Below are positions 57,886-64,000 of a stretch of DNA of 64,000 bases, in pieces (within the stretch, counting starts at the first letter, position 1; each line of letters begins with the position of its first letter). The notes beneath the pieces were generated by a model that saw nothing but the letters and a program-made list of their open reading frames with translations, had not been told where the DNA came from and searched no databases. Position numbers and translations under genes: made by a program. The stretch is from Candidatus Liptonbacteria bacterium (GTDB taxonomy: Bacteria > Patescibacteriota > Minisyncoccia > UBA6257 > 2-01-FULL-56-20): NCBI GenBank assembly GCA_016186635.1, contig JACPLI010000020.1, positions 3,548 through 67,547 of the forward strand. The letters run 5' to 3'.

Positions 57886-59265
57886 ATGAATACGCAACTC
57901 CAGGAGATGTTCGATGTGATGATGGGAAGAGGTGACAAAAGGTTGCGGGTGTATGGAGGCAAGGGTGGCAACCTTGAAAGGGGTATCGTGCTTGACTCGG
58001 GGAACGCCTTCGGTAGGTCATTGAGTGACTTGCTTGAAAGGCATGAGTACCAGGCGCGGAGGTTTCAGGTGGAACCTGCTGCGGTCATGCAAGTCTTCAC
58101 AGGCTCCATTTCAGGGGTTTCAACAGGAAGGACGCTGGATGGTTTGTTCGATCTTCCGTTGTTCTGTATGGATGTTGCGGAAAACCCAGCATCTTTGGAA
58201 CACACAACCATCACCATGGGTTTCGGAGGTTCGACATCACCAACTCCTCTCCGTTTCCCTGCATATGTCGTGCCAGCGATGAGAATGCTTTGCGGGCTTG
58301 AGGCGCTTGGATTGCCTTTGCCTGCAGTGCGGCTCATTTCAGCACAGATGAGCGCGGTTACCGTAAACGGCATGAATGCGGCGGAACTTTGGCCTGCAAC
58401 ACTTACCAACTTCGCGGCGGCGAAACTCTTCGTGGAAGAGTTTTTTCCGAAGGTTGCCCATCGGCTTCTGGTCGATTTTGATCAGCCGCTTGAGGGGGAA
58501 TACTTGGAAGCTGCGACGGCACTTGGAGAGTATGTCACAAGAGAGGGTAAGAAAGAGCGAATTCTTGATGAGGCCTTTGCAGCGATGGAACGACAGGGGC
58601 GGCAGCATGGCGGGGCAGAGAGAGCAATGTTGTACGTGGCGTTGCACGTTCTCCTTTCGCCTGATTGCACCGCTGGGAAATTCGGTTCTCCATGGGTTTC
58701 CGCATGTCACCAAAATGGCATCGTGGATCAGATTATGATTACCGCAGGGTGCGAGACCGAAGGCTACTTCAACGCCCTTCGGCGATTCCTAGCCGAGAAT
58801 GCTCGGAAGGTTCTCGGTGGAGCAGTGAGGTTTCCTCGCCGATCTTTGCAGGTAATCTTCGGGGCGCATGTTCCTCCGTACTATCCAAGGGTTGGAGAAT
58901 TGGACTTTCAGTCAAGGAGAATCGAGAGCTTGCTTTATGACTTCAAGGGGAAGCCCCGGGGAGATTCCGAATGGCGACGGGCGAGAGCGGATCATGAGCT
59001 GGCCTGGGATTATGACGTGCTTGAAGCCGCCGCAGGGGGCTGGAGGCCGTTTCTCGAGTGGGTGTGGGACACAGCAGCTCTCTTTGAGCTTGCTGATGGA
59101 TTAGGGAACAACGCGCGAGAGCGGTTTGCGGGATTGGTCTTGCGGGATGATAAGCAACGCGACCCTTTCGCCATTTTGTTGGAAGCGTATGCTGAAAAAT
59201 TGAAGGGCAAATCATTTGCTGCTCTATGTGCGCTTCAGCGGCAAAGGTTTCTGAATGGGACATAG
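57886..59265 (+). CDS. Orphan enzyme-like protein
   Basis: AAGGAG ribosome site, 459-aa ORF, family not recognised. Confidence 0.8.
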   Translation: MNTQLQEMFDVMMGRGDKRLRVYGGKGGNLERGIVLDSGNAFGRSLSDLLERHEYQARRFQVEPAAVMQVFTGSISGVSTGRTLDGLFDLPLFCMDVAENPASLEHTTITMGFGGSTSPTPLRFPAYVVPAMRMLCGLEALGLPLPAVRLISAQMSAVTVNGMNAAELWPATLTNFAAAKLFVEEFFPKVAHRLLVDFDQPLEGEYLEAATALGEYVTREGKKERILDEAFAAMERQGRQHGGAERAMLYVALHVLLSPDCTAGKFGSPWVSACHQNGIVDQIMITAGCETEGYFNALRRFLAENARKVLGGAVRFPRRSLQVIFGAHVPPYYPRVGELDFQSRRIESLLYDFKGKPRGDSEWRRARADHELAWDYDVLEAAAGGWRPFLEWVWDTAALFELADGLGNNARERFAGLVLRDDKQRDPFAILLEAYAEKLKGKSFAALCALQRQRFLNGT

Positions 59266-59396
59266 TCCGAGGGTGGACTCGCACGAGTGTTGGTAAACAA
59301 ATTTGAGGGAGACATATGACTTGTGTCTCCCTCAAACCCGTTTCACAGAAGTTGAACCGCATCTCTTAATACGATATTGTGATACGTATATGCACT

Positions 59397-60851
59397 ATGA
59401 AAGAAGTTTTAATTGAACAAAAAAAGCAAATCGCGGAAAAGGTGGACGCGGTGCTCAAGAAAATTCTCGATGGGAGACCGGCGCTCCAGGCGATTGCGGA
59501 GGCGCGCACTCTTGGGGAATACTTGGAGCCTCCGCTCCGATGGAATCCGGAAAAGGGAGCGTTTCCGCTGCGCCCGCTTCTTGAGGACTTAATATTGAAG
59601 GAAGCCGAACGCTTATACGGAATCCCAACGCGCGAGGCGTTGCGGGAAGAGTTTTCCAAAAACTGGGCGGTGGAGACAGGGGCGCATATTTATTTGCCGC
59701 GGCGGTATGACCGACTCGAGAAGAAAGGGGCGGGGCAAATCAATCCCGTGGTGTTTCAGGGGCAGGTGCTGTGGGCGGCGCTGCGGCGCGCGCTTTTGGG
59801 GAGCCGCATTAACTTCAGCATGAATACCGGCCGCATACCGCTCTGCAATGCAAATAGCGGCGCATATTTGGATTTTTCTTTTTCCACGGAGCCGCTCCGC
59901 CTCGTGAGCAACCGCTATATGAATACGCCGCAGCTCTTTATTCCCGCGCTGGACGATGAAAAACTCAAAGAGAAAACCGAACAGCTTCAGGCGCTTGCGA
60001 GTCAGGAAAAAATTACCGATGCCGAATATGCGTACGCGAAGGAAGTACTTGCTGTGTTTGTGGAGCATCGCGACGGGCGCTTCAATCACCAGGTGGCGGT
60101 GGGGCAGGCGCATATTATGAATAAAGTATTGCCGCAGGGAATGAGGCAAGTCACGATTGACCTCGAGAATATCGGCACCGCATTCATAGTGCGGCTTTTG
60201 CGGGACCCGTCGAGTACGCTTTACCGGATATTCAGCGATGAAAAGCTTCGCGCCCGTTTCTATGGCGCATTAAAGGGCATCCGCACCGCATGGGAGGAAG
60301 GGGACAGTATGTTTTACGAAGTGGACCGTTCGGGGAAGGAGCTTAAGCTGCGCGAGTACAGGGGAGACTTAATGCCCGAGGTACTTGCGGACCTGCTTGA
60401 ATCCGAGCGTATTCTCCACAAAGGACTCCTTGGTTTTTATATATTCATCATTGAAGGCGGGTTGTGCCCTATCGGCGGTATGTTCCAGTCGCAATATTGC
60501 ATCGAGCTCCGTGACCGTATGATTCCCATACTTGAGGCGATTGGCGAAGAAGCTCGTGCCGCGCATCTTCAAGAGATGCCCACTGCGGTTGCGGCGACGT
60601 CCCCCTGCTGGGGGCTTGTGCGGAGGGGCGCGGGAGTGGAGCTCTTGATTGCCATGGATTGCATGGCGGTGCCTTTATCCGAAGCCGATTTCGCTAAAAT
60701 TCCCGCCCTCTCCGGAAGGGATTCATTGCGCCTTGCCGCGCCGTCGCTTGCCCAACTCATGCTCCACGAGGAAGCCGGAGTTACTTACGAGGAATTGCGG
60801 GAACTCTTGGGGGAGCATATTGTTACTCGCGGGATGAGTACTGCAACATAA
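59397..60851 (+). CDS. Orphan enzyme-like protein
   Basis: Long ORF coupled by TAATG to the next gene; ETGAH and GG.FQ..Y motifs. Confidence 0.8.
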   Translation: MKEVLIEQKKQIAEKVDAVLKKILDGRPALQAIAEARTLGEYLEPPLRWNPEKGAFPLRPLLEDLILKEAERLYGIPTREALREEFSKNWAVETGAHIYLPRRYDRLEKKGAGQINPVVFQGQVLWAALRRALLGSRINFSMNTGRIPLCNANSGAYLDFSFSTEPLRLVSNRYMNTPQLFIPALDDEKLKEKTEQLQALASQEKITDAEYAYAKEVLAVFVEHRDGRFNHQVAVGQAHIMNKVLPQGMRQVTIDLENIGTAFIVRLLRDPSSTLYRIFSDEKLRARFYGALKGIRTAWEEGDSMFYEVDRSGKELKLREYRGDLMPEVLADLLESERILHKGLLGFYIFIIEGGLCPIGGMFQSQYCIELRDRMIPILEAIGEEARAAHLQEMPTAVAATSPCWGLVRRGAGVELLIAMDCMAVPLSEADFAKIPALSGRDSLRLAAPSLAQLMLHEEAGVTYEELRELLGEHIVTRGMSTAT

Positions 60852-61984
60852 TGAACATGTTCACCATTACCGGCGGTTCCATTTCGAAAATAACGATTCC
60901 GCTCGTGAAGCCGTTCGTCACAAGTTTCGGCAGTATTGCAGAGCGGGAAATCGTGCTTGTCTCGCTCGAGACGAAGGAAGGGGCGATTGGCTGGGGAGAA
61001 GCCCCCGTGCTTTCCCTGCCCGTGTACGGCGCGGAGATTCCCGAAAGCGCAATTGCGGTGATTGCCCGAGTCATTTTCCCGCGTGTGCGGGGTGTCTCGT
61101 TCGCGCACCCAGAGGAACTCGATACCGCGCTCGGCTTTATTCGCGGCAACGAATTTGCGAAGAGCGCGGTGATTATGGCGGCGTACGACCTCTACGGGCA
61201 ACTTGGGAAAAAGCGGCTGGTGGACCTTATCGGCGGCACGAGGAATGAAGTGCAAAACTCCGCGACTATCTCGATTCACGAACGCCCAGAGGACGCGATT
61301 GAGGAAGCGCGTGGGTACTATGACGCGGGAATTCGCTTTTTGAAACTCAAGATAAAGCCGGGGTTTGACTATGAGCATGCGCGGGCAATCCGCGAATCGT
61401 TCCCGGAAGCGAAACTGATGCTTGATGCGAATGCGAGCTATGCATTTTCGCCCGATGCAATTGCAATTTTGAAGAAGTGCGATGCGCTGGGGCTCTATTG
61501 CCTTGAACAGCCGTTCCGCGCCCGGGAACTTCTCGCGCATGCGAAGCTTCAGCGGGAAATCAAGGCGCCTCTCGCGCTTGATGAAAGCGTGGAATCATAC
61601 GCCGACGCAGAGCAGGTGATTGAGCTCGGAAGTGCTAAGTTGGTGAACGTCAAAATTGCGCGCGTGGGGGGACTTGTTCAGGCGCTCGCAATCAACAAAC
61701 TATGCGCCGCGCACGGCGTCCCCGCATGGGTGGGCGGTATGCTTGAGTCGCCGGTGGGGCTTTACGCGAACCTCGCGCTTGCGAGCGTGCCGAACTTTGA
61801 CTACCCGATTGATTTTCTTGACACGTTCACGTATCTCCGCGAGTATGCGTCGTTTTTCACCCGCGTGCCGTTCGAAATTCGCGGAGGGACTGTCGCCATC
61901 TCGCTTTCTGGATATGGCTTAGGACTGGAACTCGACTGGGAGCGCTGTAGAAGCCACATTTCGGAGCGCATTCCGTTGGCGTGA
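60851..61984 (+). CDS. Enolase superfamily NSAR/OSBS-type enzyme (N-acylamino acid racemase-like)
   Basis: PF.TSFG, GWGE, KLKI, DAN, EQP, DES, K..RVGG and GGMLES motifs. Confidence 0.88.
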   Translation: MNMFTITGGSISKITIPLVKPFVTSFGSIAEREIVLVSLETKEGAIGWGEAPVLSLPVYGAEIPESAIAVIARVIFPRVRGVSFAHPEELDTALGFIRGNEFAKSAVIMAAYDLYGQLGKKRLVDLIGGTRNEVQNSATISIHERPEDAIEEARGYYDAGIRFLKLKIKPGFDYEHARAIRESFPEAKLMLDANASYAFSPDAIAILKKCDALGLYCLEQPFRARELLAHAKLQREIKAPLALDESVESYADAEQVIELGSAKLVNVKIARVGGLVQALAINKLCAAHGVPAWVGGMLESPVGLYANLALASVPNFDYPIDFLDTFTYLREYASFFTRVPFEIRGGTVAISLSGYGLGLELDWERCRSHISERIPLA

Positions 61985-62018
61985 GCGATAACTAATTATT
62001 TTCACCTTTACAATTACA

Positions 62019-63146
62019 ATGAAGAATCAGGAAATCCAGAAGATATTGTTTGACCTCATACGTTTTAAGACAGAAACAAAAAAGCAGAGCGAAGTGAAGC
62101 GGGCAATCGGGTATATCGGGAAGTTTTTTGCGGGGACTTCGTATGCGGTGAAGCGCTTCGCGAAGCACGGTGTGCATTCGCTGCTGGTGTATCCAAAAGG
62201 TACAAGCTGGAGAAATCCGGAAGTTCTCCTGAACGGCCATGTGGATGTGGTTCCCGCAAGCGAGGCGGGGCAGTATGCGCCATTCAGGCGCGGGCATAAA
62301 GTGTTCGGGCGCGGGTCGTCCGATATGAAAGGAGGACTTTCCGCGATAATCGGCGCGCTTCTTGAACTTGATGCGAAGCGTGTGCGGCATGGTGCGGCGT
62401 TTCTCGTGAACGGCGACGAGGAGGTGGGGGGAGCGCATGGCGCGGGGTATGTGGTGAACGACATAGGCATCCGGCCGAAGTTCGTGGTGGTCGCCGATAA
62501 CCCGCGGCATGAGGGATTTGTGGTTACTACGAAAGAGAAAGGAGGAATATGGCTCGAGCTCACCGCTCGCGGGAGGGCGGCGCATGCGGCGTACCCGTGG
62601 CTCGGCGAAAATGCGCTTGAGAAGCTCATTCATGCGGTGGGGAAGATTCAGCGCCTCGTGGGGAAGGTGCGGCCCGACGCATGGAAGACCACCGTAAACC
62701 TCTCGGGGATTCATACGGACGGCGCGACGCATAACATGGTTCCCGCAGGGGCGCGCGCCATGCTTGATTTGCGCTTCACGGAGGAGTTTGCGAAGAGCGC
62801 GGATGAGGCGTACCGGAAAGTACGGCGCGCGGTGCCGGGGGTGGAAGTGCGTGCGCTTGTGAAAGTGGCGCCGCTCCGAAATAACCATCGGCACGCGCAC
62901 ATTCGGAATTTTCGGTCGCTCTTTTCCCGGACTCTCGGCAGGAAAATTCCCTTCGGGTACGGGCACGGCGCGAGCGATGCGCGTTACTTCGGCGCGCGCG
63001 GTATTCCGAGCATCCTTGTGGGCACCGTCGGCGCGCACTGGCATTCCCGGGGCGAATGGGTTGATTTCCGCACGGTGCTTGCGCTCAAAGACGTGGTAAA
63101 GGCATACATTGTGAAGCACCATGTTCATCGCGAGGTTAACTCTTGA
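62019..63146 (+). CDS. M20 metallohydrolase (DapE/ArgE-like deacylase)
   Basis: GHVDVV, GRGSSDMKG, DEE, G..AH..P..G.NA and SDAR motifs. Confidence 0.92.
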   Translation: MKNQEIQKILFDLIRFKTETKKQSEVKRAIGYIGKFFAGTSYAVKRFAKHGVHSLLVYPKGTSWRNPEVLLNGHVDVVPASEAGQYAPFRRGHKVFGRGSSDMKGGLSAIIGALLELDAKRVRHGAAFLVNGDEEVGGAHGAGYVVNDIGIRPKFVVVADNPRHEGFVVTTKEKGGIWLELTARGRAAHAAYPWLGENALEKLIHAVGKIQRLVGKVRPDAWKTTVNLSGIHTDGATHNMVPAGARAMLDLRFTEEFAKSADEAYRKVRRAVPGVEVRALVKVAPLRNNHRHAHIRNFRSLFSRTLGRKIPFGYGHGASDARYFGARGIPSILVGTVGAHWHSRGEWVDFRTVLALKDVVKAYIVKHHVHREVNS

Positions 63147-63337
63147 CGGCTCCTGCTTTCGCGCTATAGTGAATCCAACAATGAATTGCTTCCGCACAAT
63201 CTCGCTTCTTAGCCTCCTTCTTAGCCCGACTAAGGGTGGAGGTTTTGCTTGTGTCCGGATTGCAAAGAGCGAATAGCAAATCGCAAAGAGCAAATAGAAA
63301 CAAGCCAGCCCTCCACGGACTGGCTTGTTTCTTTTTT
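63143..63337 (+). promoter_or_regulatory. Promoter plus Leu-rich leader attenuator A (leader 63181-63276)
   Basis: TTGACG-16-TATAGT; MNCFRTISLLSLLLSPTKGGGFACVRIAKSE; terminator 63297-63337. Confidence 0.75.
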
Positions 63338-63383
63338 GGGAACAAGAGTGTGTTTTTTGTTTGTCTAATAATTCAATTTTCCA

Positions 63384-63526
63384 ATGAGAAACATTCAGCA
63401 AAATCTTTTACTTGGATTGCTTCTTCAACTTCTTCTTACAGAGGGAGGGTTTTGTTGGAAATTGGTTTATAGATAGTAACTATAAAACGGATTCCATAAG
63501 CCCCTCCCTGCGCGGAGGGTTTTTTT
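63384..63526 (+). promoter_or_regulatory. Leu-rich leader attenuator B (leader 63384-63476)
   Basis: MRNIQQNLLLGLLLQLLLTEGGFCWKLVYR; terminator CCCTCC/GGAGGG plus T run at 63498-63526. Confidence 0.75.
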
Positions 63527-63646
63527 GAGGTTTCGTTTCGGGGACTACGGACGAAAAAAACATCCCTAGTCCCCGGGTCAAAATCCTTAACAAAGCAACA
63601 CAGGTCCGGCTGCGTTGCAACAAAATGATTGATAGAAAGGAACCGT

Positions 63647-64000
63647 ATGAGTGAAAGAACTAAGCGGGTTCGGAAAAAGCCGTTTCAACTCATCCCAAGA
63701 GTTGATCGGGCGAAGGAATGGAAAGATGCGTTCGAAGATGGACATTGTAGACACTCGATGGCAGAGGTTATTGGTTTGACGGGGGCGTTCAACTTTGATG
63801 TGTGTATGGAAATGCCGTATGGCCACCTCTGCCACATTCTTGACTTGCATGTCAAAACGATGGCGCTTGTAGCGGAATCGGGAAGCGCCGGCGCGGGGGA
63901 TCTCCTTTTCAATGTAATGAAAGGAGGAATCAGAAGCTACGAAAGCCAAAAAAAATTCCTACGCGAGCTTGAGGCGATAACGGTGTACGGTTGTCCGTAC
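63647..64000 (+). CDS. Hypothetical protein, 3' truncated by window
   Basis: GAAAGG ribosome site, ATG 63647, frame open to the window end. Confidence 0.65.
   Translation, partial: MSERTKRVRKKPFQLIPRVDRAKEWKDAFEDGHCRHSMAEVIGLTGAFNFDVCMEMPYGHLCHILDLHVKTMALVAESGSAGAGDLLFNVMKGGIRSYESQKKFLRELEAITVYGCPY

Noticed and set aside
60851-61984. menC in menaquinone biosynthesis
   Set aside because: No other men genes nearby; the M20 neighbour favours an acylamino acid racemase role.
61992-63401. 469-aa minus-strand ORF and similar long antisense ORFs (for example 1983-2858, 47178-48206)
   Set aside because: They shadow well-supported + strand genes in GC-rich sequence and have no recognisable motifs.

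Overview
Bacterial chromosomal window, almost all on the + strand, that looks like a Patescibacteria/CPR (Parcubacteria-like) genome. This is inferred from the short EF-Ts, truncated UvrC, many genes with little or no leader, and tandem Cys-rich hypothetical proteins. It carries housekeeping genes (mnmA, rpsB, tsf, tRNA-Tyr, recO), a thiol/metal-stress cluster, many DNA-repair genes (mutY-like, mpg, nth, uvrB/A/C), two toxin-antitoxin pairs and many short palindromic or heptamer repeats, several inserted in frame in conserved genes. Three regions stand out. (1) 41.8-44.4 kb: one apparent transcription unit with an operator-overlapped promoter, boxA-like motifs, a ~490-nt highly paired ncRNA candidate and three orphan ORFs, each preceded by a copy of a covarying RNA motif with an invariant 21-mer. 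(2) 51.7-64 kb: an amino-acid-sensing cluster with a T-box, two homologous Phe-rich and two tandem Leu-rich attenuator leaders and a duplicated ~147-nt structured element, around a racemase, a BacA-like prephenate enzyme, a TyrA-PheA fusion, an aminotransferase, orphan proteins, an NSAR/OSBS-type enolase and an M20 hydrolase. (3) 31.9-34.3 kb: a ClpP-class protease/PIN four-gene operon. All calls come from motif recognition and hand pairing; no searches or folding programs were run.
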